The notes below the pieces were generated by a model. That model saw nothing but the letters and a program-made list of their open reading frames with translations. It was not told the origin of the DNA and made no database searches. A program made the position numbers and the translations under genes. A DNA stretch of 64,000 nt from Gammaproteobacteria bacterium CG11_big_fil_rev_8_21_14_0_20_46_22 (GTDB taxonomy: Bacteria; Pseudomonadota; Gammaproteobacteria; UBA12402), in contig PCWT01000048.1 of NCBI GenBank assembly GCA_002796245.1, positions 5,790 to 69,789 of the forward strand. Direction: 5' to 3'. Below, piece after piece: positions 39,107-51,807 of the stretch (position 1 is the first letter of the stretch; the number at the start of each line of letters is the position of its first letter).

Positions 39107-40665
39107 CTACACAGTGACGTTAACAAGGTCTGGTTGGGCAGATAAAACCGCATCAGACACATTAAATTTCTTAAAGTTTTCTTGAAACTTTTCAATCAAG
39201 CCAGCCGCGTTTTCTTCATACGCGCTGATGTTTCCATAATTTTTTCGCGGATCTAACAAGTTTGAATCAAGCGCTGGCAAGCTTTTTGGAATGGCCAAGT
39301 TAAATCCAGGCAAATGGTCGAACTCTGCCTTTTCAATGTCACCAGATAAAATGGCATCGACCACTGCGCGCGTTACCGGAATATCAAAACGTTCACCGCC
39401 TTGGCCATAGGCGCCGCCGACCCAGCCGGTATTAACCAAGTACACAGGGCAAGCTGCGTGCTGAACACGCTTGATCAACAGATCAGCATAGACCTGTGCC
39501 GGCCGCGGGAAAAACGGCTCACCAAAACAGGTGCTAAACGTCGGCTTGATTGGCTCAGACTGCCCAACCTCAGTACTTCCAACCAATGCCGTGTAGCCGC
39601 TTAAAAAATAATAGGCTGCTTGTTCGTGAGTTAAACGCGAGACCGCGGGCAAAACACCGTATAAATCACAGCACAAAAAGACAACCGCTTTAGGAATTCG
39701 CCCCTTATTTTCACCCACACGCTTTTCAATGTGTGTTCGAGGATAGGCGGCTCGCGTATTTTGCGTGAGGCTAGCATCATCAAAGACTGGATCATTTTGC
39801 TCATTAAGCACGACATTTTCCATGACAGCACCATGTTTAAGGGCCGCCCAAATCACAGGCTCTTTTTCAGCGGAAAGATTAATGCATTTCGCATAACAAC
39901 CGCCCTCAAAATTAAACACACCCTTTTCACTCCAACCATGCTCATCATCGCCAATTAAATAGCGATTGGGGTCAGAAGACAGCGTCGTTTTACCCGTCCC
40001 CGATAAACCAAAAAACAAAGCCACATCACCGTCAGGGCCCATGTTTGCCGCACAGTGCATCGGCAAAACATCATGCTCGGTCAGTAAAAAGTTAAGCACT
40101 GAAAACATCGCTTTTTTCATTTCGCCCGCATAATGTGTGCCACAAACTAAAATACGGCGCGTTGAAAACTCAATCATCACCGCAGCATCAGAATTGACAC
40201 CATCAACTGCAGGCTGTGTTTTCAAGTTTGCTGCATTGATTAGCGTCCAGCTTTCTTTAGCTTCGCTTTTTTCACGGATAAAAAGATTGTTAACAAACAG
40301 CGTGTGCCAGGCAAGCTCTGTTATCACAGTAACAGGTAAATGATGCTCTTCATCTTGGCCCACAGACAAATCTGAAACATACACCGCTTTATCGCTCAAA
40401 AAAGCCACCGCCTTTTGCCACAGCGTTTCGAATGTATCAGCATCAATCGCTTGGTTCACAGCGCCCCAATTAACAACATCAGCTGTCACCGTGTCTTTAA
40501 CAATAAAACGATCTTTAGGCGAGCGCCCTGTTCTTGATCCCGTTTCGGTCACCAGGGTGAAATTACTGGCAACAACCCCCTCTTTATTGTTCAGAGCCTC
40601 TTGTACAAGCTGATCAACGGAGAGCTGTTCTTTACGGTGTGGAAATAATGTTCGAATACTTGGCA
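39107..40665 (-). CDS. pckA: Phosphoenolpyruvate carboxykinase (ATP)
   Basis: [11 protein letters not shown] and other PckA motifs. The start was set at the first ATG (MPSIRT); the track ORF begins at an upstream TTG. Confidence 0.92.
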
Positions 40666-40840
40666 TAGACTGTTTTAACCCCTTATTGTCCCTAATTGAG
40701 CTTTTGTATAATTTCGCATACAAATGGGTTTGTATGCGCTTAGTGATTCATCTAATCATTAAAAATAACCCGATGGTCCAGAAAGCCCCCATAAATAGTA
40801 AGCCTTCATTTTACACACTTTACCCCACTTGAAAACGCCA

Positions 40841-41719
40841 TCAGTGGAGTTTTTGGCTCCCTAGACCATCACCAGCGACATCCTCGGCCAGGTCATCTGC
40901 CATGAAGGTATAATACTGATGACAAAAATCACAGCGAAGTGACATTTGCCCATCCTCTTCCAGTATTTGCTGAACTTCGTCAGTTGGCATTACCATAACC
41001 GCATTGCGCATTTTTTCCCGTGAGCAACCGCAATGAAACTGTAACGGCGTTGCGTCAAATAACCTGACATCATCTTGCTCATGAAACAGACGAAACACCA
41101 GCTGGTCAAAAGGTAAGCCCAATAGCTCTTTATCTTCAACCGTCTCACAGAACATGACAGCCTCATCCCAAAACGATGCCTCATCCATTTCGGGCAGGGC
41201 TTGAAGCAAAAAACCCGCAAACGTTTCACCGTCATCTTTTAACCACAGACGCGTTTTTAATTGCTCAGATTGTAAAAAGTAGTGCTCAATACAGCCCACC
41301 AAATCATGGTGATGAATAGGAATAATCGTTTGGTAAGGGTCGCGCATGGTTTCTGTGTAAAGCGAAACCAACATGTGCCCGCCTCGTGCAATTGCCAATA
41401 AGTCATCTGTTTCCAAAGGTGAATCTGACTGTAGCAAGGCCCTTAGTTGCTCTTGATTTGAAACCTGAACCAGCAGGAGTTTTAAATTGGAAGCGCTTTG
41501 TAATTGAATGCTGAATTTGCCCTTCACTTTAAGCATAGAAGACATCATGCACGCCACACAAATGACTTGAGCTAAAAGTCGTTTCTCGACAGGGTTATAA
41601 TCATGATGTTTCAACAAATCTTTTAAGGTTTGCTGTATTCGTATTAATTCGCCACGAATATGTTTTTTTTCAAAAAGAAAACGCTGGCTAAGGTCAACTG
41701 ATGGTTTACTTTTACTCAT
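40841..41719 (-). CDS. hslO: 33-kDa redox-regulated chaperonin Hsp33
   Basis: C-terminal CGCS...CDFC zinc centre and overall similarity. Confidence 0.9.
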   Translation of the reverse strand: MSKSKPSVDLSQRFLFEKKHIRGELIRIQQTLKDLLKHHDYNPVEKRLLAQVICVACMMSSMLKVKGKFSIQLQSASNLKLLLVQVSNQEQLRALLQSDSPLETDDLLAIARGGHMLVSLYTETMRDPYQTIIPIHHHDLVGCIEHYFLQSEQLKTRLWLKDDGETFAGFLLQALPEMDEASFWDEAVMFCETVEDKELLGLPFDQLVFRLFHEQDDVRLFDATPLQFHCGCSREKMRNAVMVMPTDEVQQILEEDGQMSLRCDFCHQYYTFMADDLAEDVAGDGLGSQKLH

Positions 41720-41776
41720 TTGCTATCATTTTTATACCGCTTTTGCTAGATTTGAGCATATCAAATAAATGCTAAA

Positions 41777-42205
41777 TTGAGTATGGAAAATATTACCCGC
41801 CTTTTAGGTTTCGACTTTGGTTTAAAACGCATTGGCGTTGCTTTTGGCCAAACTATCACCTGTTCAGCAAAACCTCTCTGCACACTCAAAGCCGATAGCG
41901 GGCTATGCGATGCTCGTGCAATCGCTAATCTCGTCAGTGAGTGGCGGCCCCAAGCTTTAATTGTCGGTCTTCCTCTAAATATGGATGATACCGAACAAGC
42001 CATCACCCAAAAGGCGCGGAAATTTTCTACTTTTCTTCAAAATGAAACAGGCCTACCTGTTCATTTATTTGATGAGCGGTTAACAACCATTGAAGCAAGA
42101 GAGCAGATTTTTAGACGGGGCGGTTGCAAAGCCCTTGAGCAAACCCAAATCGATGCGGTTGCTGCCGCCCTAATACTTGAAGGCTGGATGCAATACCGCC
42201 GTTGA
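41777..42205 (+). CDS. ruvX: Putative pre-16S rRNA nuclease / Holliday-junction-resolvase-like YqgF
   Basis: LLGFDFGLKRIGVA N-terminus; 142 aa. Confidence 0.85.
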   Translation: MSMENITRLLGFDFGLKRIGVAFGQTITCSAKPLCTLKADSGLCDARAIANLVSEWRPQALIVGLPLNMDDTEQAITQKARKFSTFLQNETGLPVHLFDERLTTIEAREQIFRRGGCKALEQTQIDAVAAALILEGWMQYRR

Positions 42206-42272
42206 TTTTTCTGCTTTTTTTCTCAATAATCTTTTCCAAGCCTAGCGAAACACCATTGACAGAGTAATTTTT

Positions 42273-42752
42273 ATGCAAAAAAAAGCCACTTTTCTTTTCT
42301 TTACGCTTCTTGTGGCCCTTTTTTTTGTCGCGGCTTCATATTACCTGGAGTTCGTTGAAGACTTAAGGCCTTGCCTTTTATGCTTTTTTCAACGCTGGCT
42401 GTTGATTTTATTTGCCGTCCTGGCCATTTTTGCTCTTTTTACCCCTTTTTTGCTACGGCGAATTTTTCTAATCATTAATGTCTTCACAGCGTTGCTCGGT
42501 AGCGTGTTCGCCATTCGCCAGATTTGGCTACAACACCAGCCCCCGTCTCAAGTGATCAGCTGCTTGCCAGATACAGCTTATTTGGTAAAGCATGTGCCAT
42601 TACCTTCTCTGGTTAAAATGGCTTTTCAAGGCACGCCAGATTGTGGCGTTGTTCACGAAAGAATCATTTTTCTAAGCTTATCTGAATGGTCGCTGCTGGG
42701 GTTTGTTGTCTTGTTGATAATGACACTTTTGGCGTTTAAACGGTCTAAATGA
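42273..42752 (+). CDS. dsbB: Disulfide bond formation protein B
   Basis: A 4-TM protein. The first periplasmic loop carries LRPCLLCFFQR (E. coli has PCVLCIYER). A second Cys pair sits in loop 2. Confidence 0.75.
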   Translation: MQKKATFLFFTLLVALFFVAASYYLEFVEDLRPCLLCFFQRWLLILFAVLAIFALFTPFLLRRIFLIINVFTALLGSVFAIRQIWLQHQPPSQVISCLPDTAYLVKHVPLPSLVKMAFQGTPDCGVVHERIIFLSLSEWSLLGFVVLLIMTLLAFKRSK

Positions 42753-42784
42753 AAAAAGGAGTGAACATCGTCCACTCCTTTTTT
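42752..42784. terminator. Rho-independent terminator after dsbB
   Basis: AAAAAAGGAGTGaacatcgtcCACTCCTTTTTT. Confidence 0.7.
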
Positions 42785-42959
42785 GCCACCCTTCAAGCAT
42801 CCGTGCGAGACAATCCATGTCTACTAACTTTCCTGCTTACATACAATCCTTTGTACCCGTTCATTCTATTACAGAAAGTGCATAAAACAAGGACAAAACC
42901 TTAAGAAAACATTAAATAAAACCATGCTTACAGGAAAAATGGCCGATATCCTACAAAAA

Positions 42960-43322
42960 TCAGAGCTTTTTTGGCCGTTTTTTCGATTTTTTCTGAAAAT
43001 AGCTCTGTATTTTCGATCCAAAATACCAGCCCAAAGCTGAGCCACCGAATAAAATCAACGCAATATAGGCGGGAATCAAAGCCACAATCAGGCCTTGAAG
43101 TTTTCCGTCTGTCGAATTAAACCAATCTATCCAGTTAGTAATCGACACCCCGTCGTCGATCGGAAATAGCAAGACGCCATACACTAAGCTCAAGCTCAGC
43201 AAAAACCCGATGACGCCACCTAGGCGCCCGGAAGATTGATACTGTGTACGACTCATGATCAACATACGGTTTATCCTCGGCCGCGCAGTGTAATAGGCAA
43301 AGCTTAAGGTAAAATTACGCAT
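42960..43322 (-). CDS. Hypothetical small membrane protein with lysine-rich C-terminal tail
   Basis: Two predicted TM helices and a C-terminus KKSKKRPKKL. No family is recognised. Confidence 0.4.
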   Translation of the reverse strand: MRNFTLSFAYYTARPRINRMLIMSRTQYQSSGRLGGVIGFLLSLSLVYGVLLFPIDDGVSITNWIDWFNSTDGKLQGLIVALIPAYIALILFGGSALGWYFGSKIQSYFQKKSKKRPKKL

Positions 43323-43360
43323 CGAAACTATTTTTTGCTGAGCCCAAGAAGGGGTGGACC

Positions 43361-43377
43361 CTAGAGCGTGTCCCTAG
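43361..43377 (-). repeat. Intercistronic hairpin motif CTAGAGCGTGTCCCTAG, copy 2
   Basis: Lies immediately after the psd stop. It is identical to the 14765-14780 copy at 16 of 17 positions. Confidence 0.4.
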
Positions 43378-44214
43378 TTAGCTGAATTGTGCTATCGATT
43401 GACCCAATTTTATATTGCCCTGGTGGTGCAACATTTCAAACCGCTTTTCTGTTAACACAATCACCGTTGAGCCCACATTAAAGTGCCCTATTTTATCACC
43501 ACAGGAAAAGCGCGGGCCATCATCATACACCTTGGCTTCAATTTGCTTAGGCGAGCGCGGCGTCACCTTGCCTGACCACTGGGTCACAATACCAGAAACA
43601 ATCATGGCACCGACAAAAATCAGCGTCATGTTACCTTGTTCTGTATCAAACTCACAAACCAAACGCTCATTACGCGCAAACAGTCCTGGTACATGATTCG
43701 CTGTCATTAAGTTCACCGAAAATAAGCGGCCAGGCACATACATGGTTTTCTTCAATCGACCATCGATGGGCATATGCACACAATGATAGTCCCTGGGTGA
43801 CAAATAAATCGTAAAATAACTCCCCTGAGAAAGCTGCTTTTCTAACTCATTATCGTTGGCTAGCAAGCTTTTCAAAGAATAATTCACCCCTTTGGCTTGA
43901 AACAATTGTCCCTGCCAAACATCTCCCGATTCGCTAATAAAGCCATCAGCAGGAGAAATCAAAGCGTTGGCATTTTTTTCAAACGGTCTTAAACCAGGCT
44001 TAAGCGCGCGTGTAAAAAAATCGTTAAAGTCGGTATAGTCTTCTGGTTTTTCACGCAAAGCTTCATTCATATTCACACCAAAGCGCTTTATGAACCAACG
44101 GATCAAGCCATTTTTGAGTGGCTTGAAGCGACACAACATCAAGCTTGCGAGAAAGCGTGAAAAAAGATGATGCGGAAATAAGTATTGAGTAAGAACAAAT
44201 AAAGGTTTTCTCAT
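43378..44214 (-). CDS. psd: Phosphatidylserine decarboxylase proenzyme
   Basis: C-terminal FNVGSTVIV matches the LGST self-cleavage region. Overall similarity to Psd. Confidence 0.88.
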   Translation of the reverse strand: MRKPLFVLTQYLFPHHLFSRFLASLMLCRFKPLKNGLIRWFIKRFGVNMNEALREKPEDYTDFNDFFTRALKPGLRPFEKNANALISPADGFISESGDVWQGQLFQAKGVNYSLKSLLANDNELEKQLSQGSYFTIYLSPRDYHCVHMPIDGRLKKTMYVPGRLFSVNLMTANHVPGLFARNERLVCEFDTEQGNMTLIFVGAMIVSGIVTQWSGKVTPRSPKQIEAKVYDDGPRFSCGDKIGHFNVGSTVIVLTEKRFEMLHHQGNIKLGQSIAQFS

Positions 44215-45152
44215 CGGCTTGCTCGTTTAAATAATGTCATGAAGTGTTCAAAACGTTCGGCGCTCATCAGGCCACCTTTCACCAGGCCTGTCAAGGCGCA
44301 ACCTGGTTCTGCTTCATGTTGGCAGTTTCTAAATTGACAAGAACCGGTCCGCATGAGCTCTGGAAAAGCCGTGAATAAATCTGATGCGCTAAACTCATTA
44401 AGCACAAATTCCCGCACACCGGGCGAGTCAATCACGCCACCGCCTTCGGGTAAAAGAAAATACTCACTCAGACTGGTTGTATGGCGGCCTAACTGCTGCT
44501 TTTCAGAAATTTCACCGACCTCTAGCGCCTTATGGGGTAATAAGGTCTGTAATAAGCTTGATTTACCCACACCAGACTGGCCGACAAAAATAGAGGTTTC
44601 ATCCAGTAAGGCCTGCTTTAATGCTACCAGTGTTTCTGGTTGGTTTACGCTACAAACATATAACTCAAAGCCCAAATCTTGATAAAGCTTATACGGTTCA
44701 AGCCCCGCTTCCAGAGATTCTGCCAGATCAACTTTATTCACCAGCAAAATCGGCTTAACGCCTAAATTAGCGGCTGCCAGTAAATAGTTATCGATTAAGC
44801 TAGCGCTGGTTTCAGGTACCACCGCCAGAACAATGATCATTTGGGTGATGTTCGCCGCTATCCATTTAGTTTTACCCAAGCGGCTATCCCGGGATAACAC
44901 GGTTTTTCTTGGAAACCTAGCCGTAACAACCCACCCTTTATCTTTGCTTAAAGCCACTTCATCGCCGGGCACAAGGTGATCAAGTGTTCGGCGAATAGAC
45001 GCTGTGACTTCTTCGCCTTGTTCAAGCCAAACAAGGGCTTCATCACGGTAGCGCTTCAAAACGATGGCTTTAGCATCATAAGATAACAGCTCAGCATCCT
45101 GGTTAGCCCGAATCCTGGCTTGTTGTTGGCCTGTTAATCGTCGTTTAGTCAT
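44211..45152 (-). CDS. rsgA: Ribosome small-subunit biogenesis GTPase RsgA (YjeQ)
   Basis: GQSGVGKSSL and a C-terminal CxxxCxHxxEPGC zinc finger. The start was set at MTKRRLTGQQQ by alignment to E. coli RsgA. Confidence 0.88.
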   Translation of the reverse strand: MTKRRLTGQQQARIRANQDAELLSYDAKAIVLKRYRDEALVWLEQGEEVTASIRRTLDHLVPGDEVALSKDKGWVVTARFPRKTVLSRDSRLGKTKWIAANITQMIIVLAVVPETSASLIDNYLLAAANLGVKPILLVNKVDLAESLEAGLEPYKLYQDLGFELYVCSVNQPETLVALKQALLDETSIFVGQSGVGKSSLLQTLLPHKALEVGEISEKQQLGRHTTSLSEYFLLPEGGGVIDSPGVREFVLNEFSASDLFTAFPELMRTGSCQFRNCQHEAEPGCALTGLVKGGLMSAERFEHFMTLFKRASR

Positions 45153-45203
45153 GGTATTTTTTCTGGTAAAATTTGCAGTATACAAAAGTGAAGGTCAAAA
45201 GTA

Positions 45204-46250
45204 TTGAAAATTTACCTGGTTGGCGGCGCGGTCCGCGATGAATGCTTAGGCCTCATTCCTAAAGAGCACGATTGGGTTGTGGTAGGCGCCACCCCTGAAG
45301 ATATGCTTTCACAAGGCTACAAACCTGTAGGCAAAGACTTCCCTGTTTTCTTACATCCCAGCACGCAAGAAGAATACGCTCTAGCACGCTCTGAGAAAAA
45401 AACCGGAAAAGGCTATCACGGGTTTGTGTTTCACACAGGCCTGGAGGTTTCTCTTGAAGAAGATTTAAAACGCCGTGATTTAACCATTAATGCGATGGCC
45501 AAAGATAACGATGGTCAAATCATCGACCCCCACCATGGCCTTGACGACCTTAAACAAAAAATGCTACGCCATGTTTCTGACGCTTTTATCGAAGACCCTG
45601 TTCGTATTCTGCGCATTGCGCGTTTTAACGCGCGCTTTCCAGAATTTTCTATTGCTGAAGAAACTCTAGCCTTGATGAAAACCATGGTCAGCAATGGCGA
45701 AGTTAACGCCCTAGTGGCAGAACGTGTTTGGCAAGAAACCCTTAAAGCACTTGTGGCAGAAAAACCGTCTTTATTTTTTAACGTACTTAAGCAGTGCGGA
45801 GCCATGGCCGTCATTTTTTCAGAGCTTACCTTAATTAATCCTTTAATCGACAAACCTAACGAGCCACTCATTCGCTTCACTCTTTTGTGTGCGGATATGC
45901 TGCCATTACAGTTGACGAGCTTGTGCAAACGCTTACGTGTTCCCAAACAATACTCTGAGCTTGCCAAGTCTTTCAACGGCATTGATAAACATCACTTAAA
46001 TTCACCAGAAGCTTACTTAACAGCCCTTGAAAAACTCGACGCTTTTCGACGGCCTGAACGCCTAGATCTCTACATCAGATATTTAAAAAGCTGTGATTTA
46101 AGCCGCGAAGCAACGACGCTAAACAGGGCATTTTTAGCCGCAAAAACTGACAGCCTAAAAACACTGATCGAACAAGAAAAGCCTGATGACATCAGCGCGT
46201 TTATCCATTCGATACGTCTACAGAAAATACACGATGCCCTCCGTCATTAA
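45204..46250 (+). CDS. cca: tRNA CCA-adding nucleotidyltransferase (short form lacking HD domain)
   Basis: [12 protein letters not shown]...[10 protein letters not shown]...RRDLTINA head-domain motifs. Confidence 0.88.
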   Translation: MKIYLVGGAVRDECLGLIPKEHDWVVVGATPEDMLSQGYKPVGKDFPVFLHPSTQEEYALARSEKKTGKGYHGFVFHTGLEVSLEEDLKRRDLTINAMAKDNDGQIIDPHHGLDDLKQKMLRHVSDAFIEDPVRILRIARFNARFPEFSIAEETLALMKTMVSNGEVNALVAERVWQETLKALVAEKPSLFFNVLKQCGAMAVIFSELTLINPLIDKPNEPLIRFTLLCADMLPLQLTSLCKRLRVPKQYSELAKSFNGIDKHHLNSPEAYLTALEKLDAFRRPERLDLYIRYLKSCDLSREATTLNRAFLAAKTDSLKTLIEQEKPDDISAFIHSIRLQKIHDALRH

Positions 46251-47220
46251 ACCGATTACGCTCGGCAACTTACACTTACCTCACAATCTGATTCAAGCAC
46301 CTTTAGCCGGGGTGAGCTCTGCGCCTTTTCGTGAATTACCACAAGCTTTTTTACCACCCGCCTATGCTTGTACAGAGATGATGTCAGCCAAAGCGCTCTG
46401 TACCCAGCCGTTGCATTTACAAGGTCGCTTTTTGTATAAATCACCCCAAGAAGGTTTATTGTGCTATCAGCTCTCAGGCACAAACCCAACTGAACTAGCT
46501 CATGCCTGTAAAATCGTAGAAGCCCATGGCGCTGACCTAATCGATTTAAACTGTGGCTGTCCAAAACTAAAAATTCGTAAAAAAGGTTGTGGCTCGAAAC
46601 TCTTGGAGACCCCAGATAGTTTACGCATGATCATACGTGCAATGCGCCAAGCCACTGCGCTGCCTTTATCCATAAAAATTCGTTTGCCTGCTGAAAACAG
46701 CTTGGACTACTTGCCAGAATTGCTTAGCATCATTCACGAAGAGGCTCTCGACTTTATTGTCGTTCATGCGCGCAGCTGGAAAGATGACTATGACAAAGCG
46801 GTTGACTTAGATCGCCTTGCTACATTCAAAGCCAACTGTAAAATCCCGGTCATTGCCAATGGGGACGTAAAAGATTCAGCGTCGGTTAAGCATTGCCTGG
46901 AAAAAACGGGCTGTGACGGCGTAATGATTGGTAGAGCTAGTGTGGGACAACCCTGGCTATTTCAACAAATTGTTAACGAGCTTCAAGGACATGAGTTTCA
47001 TCGCCCACCCAACGCTTCTATTGCTCAACGACTCGTTCAACATGCAGAAGGTTTGGCCACATTATTAAACGCAGAAAAACCCGCCGTACTTCAAATGCGA
47101 AAACTCAGTAAGTACTATTCTCGTGAGCAACCTTGGCAAAAGGCATTTTTATCCGAGGTCTATCAATGCGAAAATCTTGAGGCTTTGCGTACGGTCATTT
47201 CAAGATTTTTTAGCGATTAA
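46234..47220 (+). CDS. tRNA-dihydrouridine synthase (Dus family)
   Basis: [11 protein letters not shown] and a TIM-barrel flavoenzyme pattern. The start was set at the MPSVIKP ATG, which overlaps the cca stop. Confidence 0.8.
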   Translation: MPSVIKPITLGNLHLPHNLIQAPLAGVSSAPFRELPQAFLPPAYACTEMMSAKALCTQPLHLQGRFLYKSPQEGLLCYQLSGTNPTELAHACKIVEAHGADLIDLNCGCPKLKIRKKGCGSKLLETPDSLRMIIRAMRQATALPLSIKIRLPAENSLDYLPELLSIIHEEALDFIVVHARSWKDDYDKAVDLDRLATFKANCKIPVIANGDVKDSASVKHCLEKTGCDGVMIGRASVGQPWLFQQIVNELQGHEFHRPPNASIAQRLVQHAEGLATLLNAEKPAVLQMRKLSKYYSREQPWQKAFLSEVYQCENLEALRTVISRFFSD

Positions 47221-47232
47221 GGCGCGATGACT

Positions 47233-47556
47233 TTAAACGTTGTGAGCTTCCCGCAAAGCACGGATCGCTTCACGCATCGTTTTCATAGCCTGGTAATCGC
47301 CCTTATCTTGCGCCACCTCCAAACCCTTTTGGTACGCGCGCTTGGCTGCTTCGTACTGCATCAAAAGCTCTAGGGTTTGGCCATACATTTTCCAGGCTGC
47401 CGTATAGCGCGAATCCTGGTCCAACGCCGTCTCATAATGCAACAAAGCTTCTTCGGGGTTTCGTTCTTGAATATAGGCATTAGCCAGACCAAAACGTATC
47501 AAGGCATTATCTTGACCTTCGGCTAACATCGATTTGAGATTATCAATAACACTCAT
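47233..47556 (-). CDS. Small TPR-like helical-repeat protein
   Basis: About 108 aa of helical repeats. The start was chosen at MSVIDNL. Confidence 0.4.
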   Translation of the reverse strand: MSVIDNLKSMLAEGQDNALIRFGLANAYIQERNPEEALLHYETALDQDSRYTAAWKMYGQTLELLMQYEAAKRAYQKGLEVAQDKGDYQAMKTMREAIRALREAHNV

Positions 47557-47691
47557 GGTGACAACCTCCTTTTTGAACACCACTAGATAGGACTGGGTAG
47601 TTTAGACTACTGATGTATTTTTTGCACAAAAAAAGGTAAAAATTTACTTTTTGCCTTATAAATCAATGATTTTTCTCGAAAACAGCGGCGC

Positions 47692-50100
<2,409 letters not shown>

Positions 50101-50185
50101 TCAGCTCGCCAGTATAGCAATTTGTGGTTTTTTTAGCTATACAATCGCGTTATTATCACCTTTTAAATTGGGCTCACTGGCGTTG

Positions 50186-50713
50186 ATGAAAAATGAATGC
50201 TTAATTATTTTGGGTGCAACCAATGATGATGAAGGACAGTTATCTCCGCTAGCTATTTCACGCCTTGATAAAGCCATCGAGATCATCAAATCCAAGCCGC
50301 AACTTAGGCGAAGCTCTTCTGTTTTACTTACCGGTGGTTTTGGTGATCATTTTAACCGCACAACAAGCCCTCACGCCGAATTATTAAGAGGCTATCTTCT
50401 TAAAAAAGGTGTCGAAAATGACGCTATTTGTAGAGATCTTGTTTTATCTAGTAACACAATCGAAGATGCTGAGCTTTCAGCAAAGCGGCCTGACTGCTTA
50501 AATTTTGATCAAATTAACTTATTGACCTCGGATTTTCATCTTGAAAGAGCGCTTTTTCTTTTTCATGCCAACCTACCAAAACACACTATCGTCGGTATTG
50601 CCTCTAAAACCCCAGCTCATATTAATAGAAAGCCGCTGATAGAACACGAGACACGCACTTTGAAGTGGCTACAAGCTCACTATGTCCCCGCACAATCGGC
50701 TGCTGATCGTTAA
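50186..50713 (+). CDS. DUF218 (YdcF/ElyC-like) domain protein
   Basis: LTSDFHLERA motif. The start was chosen at MKNECL; the track ORF begins inside the gyrB 5' end. Confidence 0.55.
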   Translation: MKNECLIILGATNDDEGQLSPLAISRLDKAIEIIKSKPQLRRSSSVLLTGGFGDHFNRTTSPHAELLRGYLLKKGVENDAICRDLVLSSNTIEDAELSAKRPDCLNFDQINLLTSDFHLERALFLFHANLPKHTIVGIASKTPAHINRKPLIEHETRTLKWLQAHYVPAQSAADR

Positions 50714-51786
50714 ACGGATTTAACCTCGCCGCGTTCCACGTGGAACACGGCGGGCATTTTACCCAGCAACTCAAGCTCTACGTCGCCTTGCTCGATCACT
50801 GAAATAAATACCTGAGCATTTATGGCCCGCAAACAGGACAGCATTCGGCGCAATACCGCTTGGTCCAGCTCTGCTGCAATATCATCAACTAACACCAGCG
50901 GTCTGTTTTGAGACCGAGCCTCAGCTGAGTACATGGCAAACTGTGCCAATGAAACCGCTAGCAATAAGGCTTTTTGCTGCCCCCTGGAAAACACATCTTT
51001 TACCAAACCGTTTTCAGTTTTAAATAACAAATCCGCGCGGTGAGCACCATAATAAGTAAAGCCGCGTTGATAATCCTCAGCTAAACTCATCGCCAGAGAG
51101 TTTTTGAAGTCACATCCGGCTTTTGCACCTGATTTATACGTGACAACAATGGATAATCCAGGCAAAAACGCTGAAGCAAGCCTCGTTATCTCAGAAACAA
51201 AGCCGTCCCAGTATTTTTGGCGGAAATGGTCGATATTCTCGGCCATCGCGACAAGCTCGTCGTCCCAAGCCGTCACCTGGTCTTCAGAAAGACGCATTTT
51301 CAGCGCCTTATTGCGCTGCTTCAACGCTTTTTGGTAACGACTCCAATACGCAAAGAATTGAGGTTCCACGTGGAACAATAGCCAATCCAATAAATGACGT
51401 CGTTTTTGCGACCCGCCCATAAACACATCGAAAGAATCATAATTCAACAGCACCATAGGCAGAACCCGAGCGAGCTGGGAAACAGAGTCCGGTTTTTCAC
51501 CCGAAAGCTTAATAACAGCGGGTTCGGTCAGCGATTTTTGAATCCCTAGCGTGGTTGAATCGTCACATTCAGCAAATAAAGTAAACGCAGGCTGATCAAA
51601 AGCGATAACCCGTTGATTAATATGATTTCGAAAAGAACGACTGGTACTTAAATAGTAAATAGCTTCAAACAAGCTCGTTTTACCGGAGCCATTATCACCG
51701 TAAAATAGATTAAAATTTGGGCAAAAATTTAATGAAACGTGAGTCAGGTTTCTAAAATGATTAATAGTTAACCTTTTTAGTGTCAT
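50710..51786 (-). CDS. recF: DNA replication and repair protein RecF
   Basis: Walker A GDNGSGKTS. It sits in the dnaA-dnaN-recF-gyrB order. Confidence 0.95.
   Translation of the reverse strand: MTLKRLTINHFRNLTHVSLNFCPNFNLFYGDNGSGKTSLFEAIYYLSTSRSFRNHINQRVIAFDQPAFTLFAECDDSTTLGIQKSLTEPAVIKLSGEKPDSVSQLARVLPMVLLNYDSFDVFMGGSQKRRHLLDWLLFHVEPQFFAYWSRYQKALKQRNKALKMRLSEDQVTAWDDELVAMAENIDHFRQKYWDGFVSEITRLASAFLPGLSIVVTYKSGAKAGCDFKNSLAMSLAEDYQRGFTYYGAHRADLLFKTENGLVKDVFSRGQQKALLLAVSLAQFAMYSAEARSQNRPLVLVDDIAAELDQAVLRRMLSCLRAINAQVFISVIEQGDVELELLGKMPAVFHVERGEVKSV
50731..50746. other. parS-like centromere site cGTTCCACGTGGAACa (inside the recF 3' end)
   Basis: A 14-bp perfect palindrome. It matches the Pseudomonas-type parS consensus TGTTCCACGTGGAACA at 15 of 16 positions. 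Confidence 0.6.
51362..51377. other. Second parS-like site gGTTCCACGTGGAACa (inside recF)
   Basis: A 14-bp core identical to the first site, 630 bp away. Both encode F-H-V-E in RecF. Confidence 0.6.
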
Positions 51787-51807
51787 TCCGCGCTCATGAC
51801 CGAATTT

